DNA from: a bacterium
GTDB lineage: Bacteria; Patescibacteriota; Patescibacteriia; S139-126
Assembly (NCBI GenBank): GCA_030666865.1
Contig: DAOUWZ010000002.1
Coordinates: forward strand, 24,691-88,690
Direction: 5' to 3'
DNA length: 64,000 bases
The translations under genes were made by a program, and so were the position numbers. How positions within the stretch are numbered: the stretch's first letter is position 1; every line of letters starts with the position of its first letter. The notes under the pieces were generated by a model, which saw only the letters and a list, made by a program, of their open reading frames with translations, had not been told where the DNA came from and searched no databases. Positions 30,006 through 40,311 of the stretch are shown piece after piece.

Positions 30006-31715
30006 TTACCAGCTTCCTCCTCCGCCACCACCAAAACCACCGCCAGAAAATCCTGAGCCGCCAGAACCAGTGCCACCCCGAGCTGCTGCAGAAAAACCAC
30101 TATTTACATTAGTAGTAAAACCAGATAAATCATCAATCAAGCTCAAAGCTATCAAATTACCTGTCATACCTCCTTCATACCATGTAGGCGGCTCAATATA
30201 CATATCAGCAAACTGCTTGGCCCATTTTTTTTCAACTCCCATCGCTATTGCAAACGGTAAAAATTTCATAAACTGTTTAGGATCCTTTTCCGGAGCATTA
30301 TGAAATTCTAACCGATCTTTGTCAGTCACAGCCAAAAATTCTTTAAAACCTAGAATACTTTCTTTTGTTTCAGCTCCATGTTTAGTCTTTTTGCTCATTA
30401 TCCAGCCAAAACCCATAATGATAACTCCTGATACAATCAAAGCTACAATGCCCGCGCCAAACCAATCTCCTAAATATATTGCCAAGAAAATTATACCGAT
30501 TCCGAGTCCCATGTACAAACCTCTGACTTTCTCAGGATTTTTCTTATAATACCCTTTTAGAACCATTTCTTCATTTATATCTCTTTTGAATAACTTTATT
30601 TTCTTGCTCATACTAACATCTTTTTTTATTTTTGACATCTTTTTTTTACTTCCAGAAATTGCATTATTACCAAAAATAATTTCACCAATATCTTTTTCAA
30701 TTTTACTATTTATTTCACCAATATCTTTTAATAATATCAACTCATAATCTTTGCCAGAAAACACGCTTTGCTTCTCTATTTTTTTAATTTTTAGAAAACC
30801 TTGCTGAGCCAAATAAATAATGCCAGCAGTAATATCTCGATTATCAACTTTTTCATCAATCAAAGATCCGAGGAGTGTCGGTTTTAAATCTTGCGGTGGA
30901 TGATATTCAGGAATGATAGTTCCTTTCCCTTTAGGATCTCGTCCTTTATAAAACCATAATAAAAACATAAATACAAAAACCAATACCGGCAATGCAATTA
31001 TAAAATTATTTTTCAGCCATCTCATAAAAAAACTAAACTCACCTGGCTGATCTAAATAGCCCTTAGGCATACCAAAAGCAATTGTCATTCCTTCCTTAGG
31101 ATATAATTCTGATTTATTCTGAAAAATAGTAGTAAATCCATTTTCAATAAGACATTCTTCGTCAGAGCCATATTCCCCTTGATAGCATGACACTTGAATA
31201 TTTTCTTTGGAACCAGAATAAAAAATCTCTGCCCTAACATTTTTGATTGGTACTGGCCATTGATTTCCTGTCAAATTCCAATAAAATTCATCAAATTCAT
31301 CAAAATAATTAATCGCTCCTGTAACCTTATAAATAATTTCATATTTATTAAGACCGTCAACAAAAACTTCCGCTTGACCAATTTTTATTTCTTTATTTTT
31401 CCCTTTATTACTAACTTCATACATTTCTGGTTGTTCATTTCTCATAACATCTGAAACACTAATATCAATTTTCCTTTCCCCGAATTTGCCTTGATAGCTA
31501 ATCGGAATGTTCCGATAAATGCCATGCTTTTGCAAATTACCGAAATCATAAAAAATTGTTTCTTGAATAGTAATTGTGGCATCAGCATCAATCTTAATAT
31601 TTACTTGAAAATGAGTAATTTCTTCTGCACTTACCCAAAAACCAAAAAGTAGACTTATTAATCCAATTAAAAGACCTATTGCGACATGCCAAATTTTTAT
31701 ACTACCGCTTTTCAC
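30006..31715 (-). CDS. DUF2207 membrane protein
   Basis: HGIYRNIP, YWNLTGNQW, RDP.G..IIPEY.PP, Gly-rich C-terminus GGGGGGSW. Confidence 0.9.
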   Translation of the reverse strand: MKSGSIKIWHVAIGLLIGLISLLFGFWVSAEEITHFQVNIKIDADATITIQETIFYDFGNLQKHGIYRNIPISYQGKFGERKIDISVSDVMRNEQPEMYEVSNKGKNKEIKIGQAEVFVDGLNKYEIIYKVTGAINYFDEFDEFYWNLTGNQWPVPIKNVRAEIFYSGSKENIQVSCYQGEYGSDEECLIENGFTTIFQNKSELYPKEGMTIAFGMPKGYLDQPGEFSFFMRWLKNNFIIALPVLVFVFMFLLWFYKGRDPKGKGTIIPEYHPPQDLKPTLLGSLIDEKVDNRDITAGIIYLAQQGFLKIKKIEKQSVFSGKDYELILLKDIGEINSKIEKDIGEIIFGNNAISGSKKKMSKIKKDVSMSKKIKLFKRDINEEMVLKGYYKKNPEKVRGLYMGLGIGIIFLAIYLGDWFGAGIVALIVSGVIIMGFGWIMSKKTKHGAETKESILGFKEFLAVTDKDRLEFHNAPEKDPKQFMKFLPFAIAMGVEKKWAKQFADMYIEPPTWYEGGMTGNLIALSLIDDLSGFTTNVNSGFSAAARGGTGSGGSGFSGGGFGGGGGGSW

Positions 31716-31731
31716 TTATTAAAATTAATAT

Positions 31732-32064
31732 TTAAATTTCTATTTCTTCAGAATTATGGTCTTCGGAATTTTCTTCATCTAAGCCATTATCTAATTCTAT
31801 TTCGTCATTAGCATGATTATTGATTTTTTTTTCTAGTTCTGGCTGAACTTTATTTGATTCTGACCTGATAACTTCACATTTTTCTTTTTTAACTGTACTT
31901 ATGCCCAGTATTTGATATAAACCACAAAAATTTATAAAACTAGTTATAGCTAAAATTATTGCCAAAATCCACCAATATGGCGAATGAAAAAATGCTAAAA
32001 CAACGAATAATAAAGCAAAAAATAATCTAATAAATCTATCAATTTTACCTATATTTTTTCTCAT
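31732..32064 (-). CDS. DUF2892 (YgaP-like) membrane protein
   Basis: NIGKIDRFIR..., FCGLYQILGIST. Confidence 0.85.
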   Translation of the reverse strand: MRKNIGKIDRFIRLFFALLFVVLAFFHSPYWWILAIILAITSFINFCGLYQILGISTVKKEKCEVIRSESNKVQPELEKKINNHANDEIELDNGLDEENSEDHNSEEIEI

Positions 32065-32290
32065 AAAATTTTATTAATTTATTAAATATATATAAATTTT
32101 CCTATAAATATATTATACAGAATTAAAGGCCATTTTAAAAGAATTTTATATATCCTCATTAAAATAGATAATATTAATTTATCATCTTGAACATTTAACA
32201 TTTGAATTTTGGGCTTTTTGGTATTTGGATTTTCCTGCCTGTCTAGACGAATCGGCAAGACTCACAATAGTAACTAATTATACGACAAGT

Positions 32291-33883
32291 CTAATACGGT
32301 AATGTAAATTTAAATGTGGAGCCCTTGCCATAACCATCGCTTTCCGCCCAAATATTACCGCTATGTCCTTCAATAATTTTCTTAGCAATATAAAGCCCGA
32401 GCCCTACTCCGCTAGTATCTACTTTATTAATATCTTTGCCACGACGGAACTTATTAAATAATTCATCTAATTCTTCATAAGAAATTCCCCTACCAGTATC
32501 AGTAACACTAACTAAAACATATTTTTCCATCTTTTTAACCTCAATAACAATTTTCCCGCCATTAGGAGTATATTTTATTGCATTATCTATCAAATTCAAA
32601 ATAACATCAGTTACTTTATCACTATCACACGATGTGCTTATATCAGACTTTGTTTTAAATTCAATCTTAATATTTTTTTCCGTTGCTTCAATTTCTAAAG
32701 ATTTAATAATATCAGAAATTATATTATTAATATTCTGCTTGGTCTTAAGTATTTTTAAACGACCAGACTCAATTCTAGAAATATTCAAAAAGATATTTAT
32801 CAAACGAATTAATCTCTCCGAATTTCTCAACAAAACTCCGACAATATCATTTTGCTCTTTAGTCATCTTGCCATAATCACCATCTGACAACATAGACAAA
32901 TATCCTTTAATAGCCGATAATGGCGTTCTTAATTGGTGAGAAGTGATGGATAAAAATTCAGTTTTAGCTTCATCAAGTTTAGTCAATCTGGCATTAGCTT
33001 CTTGCAAAGCCGAAGTAATCTTTTTTAATTTTTTAACCTGTTTAATCTCTCTTAAAATACTTTTTACTAATAAAATACTAATAATAACTACAGCAACAAA
33101 CACTATTACATTAATTACTAACTCGGTATAAGTACTTGAAGTTAATACTTTTACTAACAAAAAAAATGATAAGAGCACGCTTAATAATTCAGATGCAATA
33201 ACTTTTATATTCATTAAATTATAACGTATAAGAGCGTAAACAAAGCTTAATATCAATGGAATATGAAACAAATGACCAAAACGAACAAAATTAGTTCTCT
33301 TAAAAAAAACAACTGATAAATAATTAAAAAATACCATTAAACTAAATGTCAATATCAAACCCGCTGCAATATATTTCCATTGTTTTTTCTCAAGACCTTC
33401 CGCTCTATAAAACCTCTTAAATAAATAAAAGAAAGAAAAAATTGTAAAAAAAATAATATATAGACCAAATACTGGCATTAATAAACCTTTTACCGGCTCT
33501 ATATTTTGATTGTTATAAACAACCGATTCAAATATTAGAGGTGTTAGAGATAACCCCATTAAAACAATGGTAATAAATATAGAGGAATAAAAAACCCATT
33601 TATTCCAAGTAATTTTTTTATCTGGGAATGTGTAAATAAATAAAAATAGTAAATATGTTTGCGGAATAGCAAATAACATAACTATTCTAATCCAAAATAA
33701 AGTAAATTCTGGATCACTATGCACAGAAAAAAAGTTATTTACGCCCCAAAATGTCAACGATAATACTAATAAAACAAAAAATATTTGATTAACATTCTTT
33801 TTCCCATAATAATACACAAAAATTACTAACGTTATATTAGATAATGCTGTGATTACTAAAGTTAAAAAATCAAAATTAAACAT
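32291..33883 (-). CDS. multi-TM (HisKA_7TM-like) sensor histidine kinase
   Basis: About 9 TM segments; H-box SHQLRTPL, N-box NLIDNAIKYT, G1 DTGRGI, G2 GVGLGL. Confidence 0.92.
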   Translation of the reverse strand: MFNFDFLTLVITALSNITLVIFVYYYGKKNVNQIFFVLLVLSLTFWGVNNFFSVHSDPEFTLFWIRIVMLFAIPQTYLLFLFIYTFPDKKITWNKWVFYSSIFITIVLMGLSLTPLIFESVVYNNQNIEPVKGLLMPVFGLYIIFFTIFSFFYLFKRFYRAEGLEKKQWKYIAAGLILTFSLMVFFNYLSVVFFKRTNFVRFGHLFHIPLILSFVYALIRYNLMNIKVIASELLSVLLSFFLLVKVLTSSTYTELVINVIVFVAVVIISILLVKSILREIKQVKKLKKITSALQEANARLTKLDEAKTEFLSITSHQLRTPLSAIKGYLSMLSDGDYGKMTKEQNDIVGVLLRNSERLIRLINIFLNISRIESGRLKILKTKQNINNIISDIIKSLEIEATEKNIKIEFKTKSDISTSCDSDKVTDVILNLIDNAIKYTPNGGKIVIEVKKMEKYVLVSVTDTGRGISYEELDELFNKFRRGKDINKVDTSGVGLGLYIAKKIIEGHSGNIWAESDGYGKGSTFKFTLPY

Positions 33884-33910
33884 ATTGTTATAAAATAACT
33901 ATAACTTTTT

Positions 33911-35470
33911 TTAGTCAATAATCCAAGATTGCTTACCAGAACGAGAGAAATAATCAGAACTGTTATAATCCCAAAACTCAATTTTTGGAATTACTTTCTC
34001 GCCCATAGATTCAAACAGCTTATTAAATTCAAAATTTGTCTCTCTTAAATTTTTAATAATTATTTCTTGAATAGTATTTTTGATTTCATTATCAATTTTA
34101 ATATTTTCCATCAATTCAATATCTATTTTTAAATAAGAATTGTTGTTATTATCATACAATTTTTTCATAACAAATCTTCCAGAAATATATTTCTTAATAT
34201 AATCATCTTCTAAACCTTTTTTAATATTATCAGGATAGATTAATAATCCATATAAAATAACAGCTGACTTTTTCCCCTTCAATTCTAAAAATGGTAAGTT
34301 CCAAATAGACATTCTATTTTTAGAATTTTTATTTAGTATATTAACACCATTTTTATCTAATTTTTTTTTCATCCGCTCAAAAGAGACTACTCTGCCCTCA
34401 TCTTTAATATTATATCTTAATAAAGGAATACTGCCATCAGAAGAAAAAACTAATTCATTTTTAACTTGTTCAAAATATTTTGAAAGTGGATTATATTGGA
34501 ATAAACCAGGAATATTTACCGCCTGAAAAAATAATCTATTCTTTATTTCCTCATTAATTGTAGCTAATTGTCTTAAATAAATTGTTACTGGCGTTTCGTG
34601 TGCTAATATATTTGCATCAGCAGATCCATACAAACTAAAAGAATCATATATTTTATTACTACAACATGCTTTCTCCATTATTTCTAATCTCCAATTTTCA
34701 CTAAAACCCTCACCAGCAAATAAAAATTTAATATTAAACTTACTCCATTCAATATTATTTTTTAAACCCACATCAATAATATCTTTTAAAAAGGGGGGGT
34801 AACCAGCTAAAACTACTTGATCATATTTACCACCTAATTTACTTATCAAACTACTTGTTTCTTCAATACTGATTCCTGGGCTAATAACTGTTAAAGGATA
34901 ATTTTTTTGTGATAAACGCATACCACAATTTTGAGTAAGTACGCCAGCAACATACATGCCCATTGAAAAACATACTATCAATAAAGTACTTTTATTATTA
35001 ATCTGAAAAAATTCTTTAAATAATATTTCATGTTGCAAAGAAGCTTCAAATTCTTGCCAACTGGACCTAAACCAAAAAAATGGATCCCCGCTAGATCCTG
35101 AGCTAACAGAAATTATAGTCTGTTTATTAAAAGATCCTTGCCAACAGAGATCCTGTAATTGATATTTATTCAAGTAATTATTCTTATCAATCAAAGGCAC
35201 TTTTTGAAAATCATTCCAAGTAGCAATATCTTTATGATTGATATTATTTTTCTTCAAAAACTTTTTATAGGCTGGCACTTCTTCGGCAGCCCGATGAAAC
35301 AATTTAAGAAATTTTGTTTTTGCTTTGGCGACTAACTCTTCACTAGAAATATTCTCCAAATCTTTTTTAAAACTATCTGCATTATAACTATCAAAATCAA
35401 TAGTATAGTTTTGTGAATAATTCTTATCACTTAAAAAAAATTCTATGCCTTTAAAATTGTTCTTTTTCAT
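33911..35470 (-). CDS. phenylacetate-CoA ligase-like (PaaK/ANL) adenylating enzyme
   Basis: VPAYKKFL, SSGSSG P-loop, YGSAD, PLLRYNIKD. Confidence 0.85.
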   Translation of the reverse strand: MKKNNFKGIEFFLSDKNYSQNYTIDFDSYNADSFKKDLENISSEELVAKAKTKFLKLFHRAAEEVPAYKKFLKKNNINHKDIATWNDFQKVPLIDKNNYLNKYQLQDLCWQGSFNKQTIISVSSGSSGDPFFWFRSSWQEFEASLQHEILFKEFFQINNKSTLLIVCFSMGMYVAGVLTQNCGMRLSQKNYPLTVISPGISIEETSSLISKLGGKYDQVVLAGYPPFLKDIIDVGLKNNIEWSKFNIKFLFAGEGFSENWRLEIMEKACCSNKIYDSFSLYGSADANILAHETPVTIYLRQLATINEEIKNRLFFQAVNIPGLFQYNPLSKYFEQVKNELVFSSDGSIPLLRYNIKDEGRVVSFERMKKKLDKNGVNILNKNSKNRMSIWNLPFLELKGKKSAVILYGLLIYPDNIKKGLEDDYIKKYISGRFVMKKLYDNNNNSYLKIDIELMENIKIDNEIKNTIQEIIIKNLRETNFEFNKLFESMGEKVIPKIEFWDYNSSDYFSRSGKQSWIID

Positions 35471-36525
35471 TTATTTATAATAATATCTTCTGCTATTTTT
35501 TTTGCAATAAAATTAGGAGATAATTTTTCTAACTTTGAACGCTCTGCCACTTTTTTTAATATTACCTTAATATTTTCTATTCTTGCCAAAACTCTTTCTT
35601 TTTGATAACCACCTCCTTCAAATTGATCAACTATATTTATCAACCCTCCAGCATTAACAATAAAATCAGGCGCAAAAAATATTCCTTTGTTATATAACTC
35701 TTCTCCAATCATTTCTGATGACAATTGATTATTCGCCCCACCAACTATTATTCTTGTTTTCAACTCTTTAATACTGGTGTGATTAAATTCATCTCCTAAA
35801 GCACAAGGAGAATAGATATCAACTGGATATGTATGAATTTTTTTGTAATCAACAAATTCTATATTCGGATATATTCCTTTTATTCTATTTTCTACATCTT
35901 TATTAATATCCGCAACAATAACATTAGCATTATTCTCAATCAACAATCTTAACAACTCTCCGCCTAATTTGCCAACTCCCTTGATAGCCACTTTAATTCC
36001 ATCTAATTTTTCTACGCCCTTTAATTCTTTAACAACACCCTGTATTCCATAAAAAACTCCTAATGCAGCCATGTCGGATGTAGAAAATCTTTTTCCTCCA
36101 TCAGTAGAATGCCCTAAGATATATTTTGATTGTTGTGACATTATTTTAGTATCAGATTCATTGATACCAATATCTGGCCCGGTAGTAAATTCTCCCTGTA
36201 ATTTATCTACTTCTTGAACGTAAGCTTTTAATAACTCGCTATTCTTATTTTTTTGTTCTGAAATAATTACAGCTTTTCCTCCACCAAATTTAACTCCGGC
36301 TAAAGCGCACTTATATGTCATTGCTTTTGATAAATTCAACACATCTTTTACAGCTTCTTCATCCGTTTTATAATGCCATATTCTAGTACCACCAGTTGCT
36401 GGACCTAAATTTGTATTATGTATAGCAATATATCCTCTTAATCCTACTGTTTTATCTACAAAAAAAACCACTTTCTCATGATTATCATATTCTGAAAATT
36501 GTTTTATTTCTTCTATATTTAACAT
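35467..36525 (-). CDS. Leu/Phe/Val (ELFV) amino-acid dehydrogenase
   Basis: IAIHNTNLGPATGGTR, MTYK, GGGKAVI, GVGKLG, PCALG, GGANNQL, PDFIVNAGG. Confidence 0.93.
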   Translation of the reverse strand: MLNIEEIKQFSEYDNHEKVVFFVDKTVGLRGYIAIHNTNLGPATGGTRIWHYKTDEEAVKDVLNLSKAMTYKCALAGVKFGGGKAVIISEQKNKNSELLKAYVQEVDKLQGEFTTGPDIGINESDTKIMSQQSKYILGHSTDGGKRFSTSDMAALGVFYGIQGVVKELKGVEKLDGIKVAIKGVGKLGGELLRLLIENNANVIVADINKDVENRIKGIYPNIEFVDYKKIHTYPVDIYSPCALGDEFNHTSIKELKTRIIVGGANNQLSSEMIGEELYNKGIFFAPDFIVNAGGLINIVDQFEGGGYQKERVLARIENIKVILKKVAERSKLEKLSPNFIAKKIAEDIIINK

Positions 36526-37631
36526 TTCTTATTTATTATTTTATCCATACGAAATTCATACCTTCCCGAAGGCACTTCATAATTATTTGCAATTTGTCTG
36601 GCAAAATAACATAAAACCGCCCCCCTTAAAAATGAACACTCTGCCAATTGAGGTATGCCAGCAATTTTATTACCAATTAACGAGAATGATTCCTGTAGTC
36701 TTGTTACTAAATATTTAGCTCCAATAAAATCTTTTGCCAACTCTATCTTTTCTTTAATATCCCTAGGCTTATTATTTATTTTAGCAATAATATTGTTCTG
36801 CAAATATCCATTCATTATTTTTAAATCTTCATCAATGTCATACCTTTCTATATCAATGATTAAATTTTCACCATTGCCAGTAACCATTAAAACTGGAATC
36901 TTATATTTTTTTGCCTTTTCTCTTATATCAATTTTTAATTTTAAGTTATCAGTCTCTTCAATTAAAAGATCCAGCTTCGGATCTAATAAAAATTTTTCTT
37001 CATCACCGCTTATCACTCCTTGATCAAAAATATCAATTTTCATATATGGATCAATCTCAAATACTTGCCTGGCAGTCAATATTGCTTTATTTAAACCCAA
37101 TTCTGAAAGACTTGAACGAAAACGATTTAAATTTGATGCTGATAAAATATCAAAATCGGCAAACTTCATACATTTTGACCCGCCTTCTAAAGCAATACAG
37201 ACTGCAGCCGGATTTCCTACATTCAAACCTGCGATTCCGATTTTAAAATCTTTAAATTTTTTTTGCTCTGCTTTGGTAATTAATTTATTATTTCTAGAAA
37301 TCCTTAAATCATAAAAATCATCCTCGTCAATAATATGTACTATACAATTTTTCCACGGATAATAAATCCATTTGCCATCATAAAATTTTGTGGCAACACT
37401 CTCTTCTTTTAATTTATTGTTTTTAAATAGCAAAGATGGGTCTTTTATTAATTGTAATTCATTTTCAATTTCTGAATACTCGTCAACTATTTCATTAACA
37501 GTCCCCTCTTTTATTAATTTTATAAAAAAATTTTTATCTTTATTGTCAGACAAATCAAATATTACAGGCTGAAAAATATTTCTACCATTTTTATCTATCT
37601 TGCAATTATTGACTAATTTTTCTATTTCCAT
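36519..37631 (-). CDS. ThiF/E1-like adenylyltransferase, Rv1355c-like
   Basis: WIYYPW, RN..LIT..EQ, IGIAGLNVG, ADFD.L..SNLNR, DIERYD, PQLA. Confidence 0.88.
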   Translation of the reverse strand: MEIEKLVNNCKIDKNGRNIFQPVIFDLSDNKDKNFFIKLIKEGTVNEIVDEYSEIENELQLIKDPSLLFKNNKLKEESVATKFYDGKWIYYPWKNCIVHIIDEDDFYDLRISRNNKLITKAEQKKFKDFKIGIAGLNVGNPAAVCIALEGGSKCMKFADFDILSASNLNRFRSSLSELGLNKAILTARQVFEIDPYMKIDIFDQGVISGDEEKFLLDPKLDLLIEETDNLKLKIDIREKAKKYKIPVLMVTGNGENLIIDIERYDIDEDLKIMNGYLQNNIIAKINNKPRDIKEKIELAKDFIGAKYLVTRLQESFSLIGNKIAGIPQLAECSFLRGAVLCYFARQIANNYEVPSGRYEFRMDKIINKKC

Positions 37632-37641
37632 ATTTCCTTTA

Positions 37642-38664
37642 TCAATTTTCTAACAAATTATCATTCAACAAAATTCGTGGTGTATGTTTCATTTTCCCGC
37701 GAATATTTCCTATACATAACAAAAATTGAGGCAACTCACTTGTATTCAATATTTCTTGTAAATTTTTTCGAAAATCTCCAATTTCAATACTGGCAACATA
37801 AATTGAAAAATCTAAATTATCTTTAATTATATTCAGCATTAAACGTTCTGACGAACGACCAGCTTCTAACCAGCTATATTTATCATCATTATTTGTAGTT
37901 AAAACATATATGCCAGGAGCAGATCTGATACTAAAATAATTTAGTTTAGATAAAATTCGACCAAAATTAAAATATGAAATTAAAACAGGGACAATAAAAG
38001 ATAACAAACCTGGCATTTTTAAAGAATAACCGGGCAAACCATCTTTTTTATTGGAAAAATTATTGTGCATCCAATTAGACATTTCTAGACGAAACTCCTT
38101 ATCACTATGAGCCATTTTCATCCCCTGAGAAGTTAAATCTGCAATTTTTTGAATATTATTTTTATTATTTACACATTTTAAATTTACGATTTCAGATGAT
38201 AATAATTTTTCATATTTTATTATAGTTTCTAAATTATCAACATAATTGGAAAAAATACCACGAGTATTTACTCTATTCGATATAGCTTCTAATAAATCTT
38301 TATATTTTTCATTTACTTCATCAGATTCGCTAAAAAAAACTTCTGCAACAAGATTTTCTTCACTATCAATTTTATACTTAATATCGCTATAAATTCCAAA
38401 ATATTTAGCAGCAATTATTAGATTTTCCAAAAAACATCCAATGCTAATATATAAATCTCTGCCTGTTGGATCAGCCTGTGGTAAAATTTTTGCAGGATTA
38501 ATATATACTTTGCAAGTATTATTTTTAATTTTATACAACCATGGCTGACTATTATGTGTTGACGGAGCTAAAATCGCATAATTTAAGATAAATCTTATTT
38601 TATCTTTTAAATCGCCTTCAGCTGGAAAATCATTTTTATTTAATTCCCAATTATTTAAGTTCAT
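37642..38664 (-). CDS. Acg-type two-domain nitroreductase (FMN oxidoreductase)
   Basis: AILAPSTHNSQPW, DPTGRD..ISIGCFLENL.IAA, R.NTR, WLEAGR..ER. Confidence 0.88.
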   Translation of the reverse strand: MNLNNWELNKNDFPAEGDLKDKIRFILNYAILAPSTHNSQPWLYKIKNNTCKVYINPAKILPQADPTGRDLYISIGCFLENLIIAAKYFGIYSDIKYKIDSEENLVAEVFFSESDEVNEKYKDLLEAISNRVNTRGIFSNYVDNLETIIKYEKLLSSEIVNLKCVNNKNNIQKIADLTSQGMKMAHSDKEFRLEMSNWMHNNFSNKKDGLPGYSLKMPGLLSFIVPVLISYFNFGRILSKLNYFSIRSAPGIYVLTTNNDDKYSWLEAGRSSERLMLNIIKDNLDFSIYVASIEIGDFRKNLQEILNTSELPQFLLCIGNIRGKMKHTPRILLNDNLLEN

Positions 38665-38754
38665 TGTTTAGATTTATAACTTTATTATAACAAAAAAATA
38701 CTTTTTTCATAAATTAATCATTATTAATATATCTGCAAGTAAATTCCAATAAAC

Positions 38755-39273
38755 CTAAACCTTCCCTACAATTCTCAAATAAGTAATGCCAACACCATTA
38801 GCTAACAGCTCCTCTGCCGATATCCTTGGCAGAGATTTTTTATACCTCCACAAAATTTCTTGCTGTAATGCATTAATATCTTTGATGTGTGAAAATGAAT
38901 ATTGCCAAACATCAGCGTCAAGTTTTTCATAAGCAACACCCTCTTCAACATCTATACATTCGGCCATATAACAATTTTTAAAATCCAATAATGGTAATTG
39001 TTCATTTTTTTGATCAATAAAAAAACCAGGCTTAATTATTCTTGGCAAAGCATATAATTTACCTAGGCAATGTCCACTATATTCTAAATTAAAATGAGTA
39101 AATAAACCAATTGGCTCGGGAAAATTTTGATAATCTTTCTGATGTATTCTGATAATTCCATCTATTTTGTATGTCAGGCACGCATCAAAATTTGTAAGCA
39201 TTTTCTCCTGACCATCATTGTCTATGAACAAACACTTATCATTCAAACTTCTTTTTGTAAAAAATGGAATCAT
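38755..39273 (-). CDS. hypothetical protein, possibly ASCH/PUA-like
   Basis: ORF directly downstream of gap; C-terminal V.YEKL......L...I..RY....GVGITYL pattern; start uncertain. Confidence 0.55.
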   Translation of the reverse strand: MIPFFTKRSLNDKCLFIDNDGQEKMLTNFDACLTYKIDGIIRIHQKDYQNFPEPIGLFTHFNLEYSGHCLGKLYALPRIIKPGFFIDQKNEQLPLLDFKNCYMAECIDVEEGVAYEKLDADVWQYSFSHIKDINALQQEILWRYKKSLPRISAEELLANGVGITYLRIVGKV

Positions 39274-39293
39274 TATAGTTACCAAGATCAAAA

Positions 39294-40292
39294 CTATTTG
39301 ACAAGTTCAATCATTTCTACCAAACGATTTGCATATCCCCACTCATTATCATACCAAGCAACAATTTTTACCATATCGCCATCGGTAACTTTAGTCAATG
39401 ATAAATCAACAATAGACGAAGCTGGATTGCCGATAATATCTGATGAGACCAAAGCCTCGTCAGAAACTTCTAAAATATTTTTATATCTATCAGTATTAGC
39501 AGCATCAATCAAAGCTTGGTTAACTTTTTCAACAGTCACTTTCTTTTTCAACAAAAATGTAAAATCAGCCAAAGAACCGCAAATAGTCGGCACCCTGACT
39601 GCTAAACCATCAAATATCCCTTTAAGTTCTGGTATAACTTGAGCAGTAGCGCTAGCTGCACCTGTAGTAGTTGGCACTATATTTGTTGCCGCCGCTCTGG
39701 CTCTACGCAAATCTCGATTCGGACCATCAACTAAATTCTGGTCAGCAGTATAAGAATGAATTGTGGTCATCGTGGCTTTTTTCACTCCAAAAATACTCTG
39801 CATAACCTGTGCCACTGGAGCTACACAGTTTGTGGTACAAGAAGCATTGCTAACTACATTATTCTTATTTTTCTTGTCAGAATTAACTCCTAGCACAAAA
39901 ATTGGAGTTTCTCCATCTTTCGGCGGAGCAGAAATAATTACACCGCGAGCCCCCGCTTTAATATGTAAATTTGCCATTTCAGTAGTTCGAAAAATTCCAG
40001 TACATTCAAGCACAAAATCAACATCCAGAGAACGCCATGATAAAGAAGCTGGATCTTTTTCTGAAAAAATTGCATACTGCTTACCATCAACCATAATATT
40101 CTTTTCATCATAAGATATTTCTTTATCATATTTTCCATAAACTGAATCATACTTCAATAAGTACACCAAAGCCTCAATATTACCCAAATCATTTATAGCC
40201 ACCACTTCCATATCATCCCTAGTTTGAATTATTTTGAAAGCAGCTCGGCCAATTCTGCCAAAACCATTTATAGCGATTTTAATTTTATCCAT
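39294..40292 (-). CDS. gap: glyceraldehyde-3-phosphate dehydrogenase, type I
   Basis: INGFGRIGR, SNASCTTNC, WYDNEWGY. Confidence 0.98.
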   Translation of the reverse strand: MDKIKIAINGFGRIGRAAFKIIQTRDDMEVVAINDLGNIEALVYLLKYDSVYGKYDKEISYDEKNIMVDGKQYAIFSEKDPASLSWRSLDVDFVLECTGIFRTTEMANLHIKAGARGVIISAPPKDGETPIFVLGVNSDKKNKNNVVSNASCTTNCVAPVAQVMQSIFGVKKATMTTIHSYTADQNLVDGPNRDLRRARAAATNIVPTTTGAASATAQVIPELKGIFDGLAVRVPTICGSLADFTFLLKKKVTVEKVNQALIDAANTDRYKNILEVSDEALVSSDIIGNPASSIVDLSLTKVTDGDMVKIVAWYDNEWGYANRLVEMIELVK

Positions 40293-40311
40293 AATTATAA
40301 ATTAATTTTTA

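Noticed and set aside
39127-39642. 171-aa plus-strand ORF and the other short antisense ORFs in the track
   Set aside because: Shadows of well-supported genes on the opposite strand
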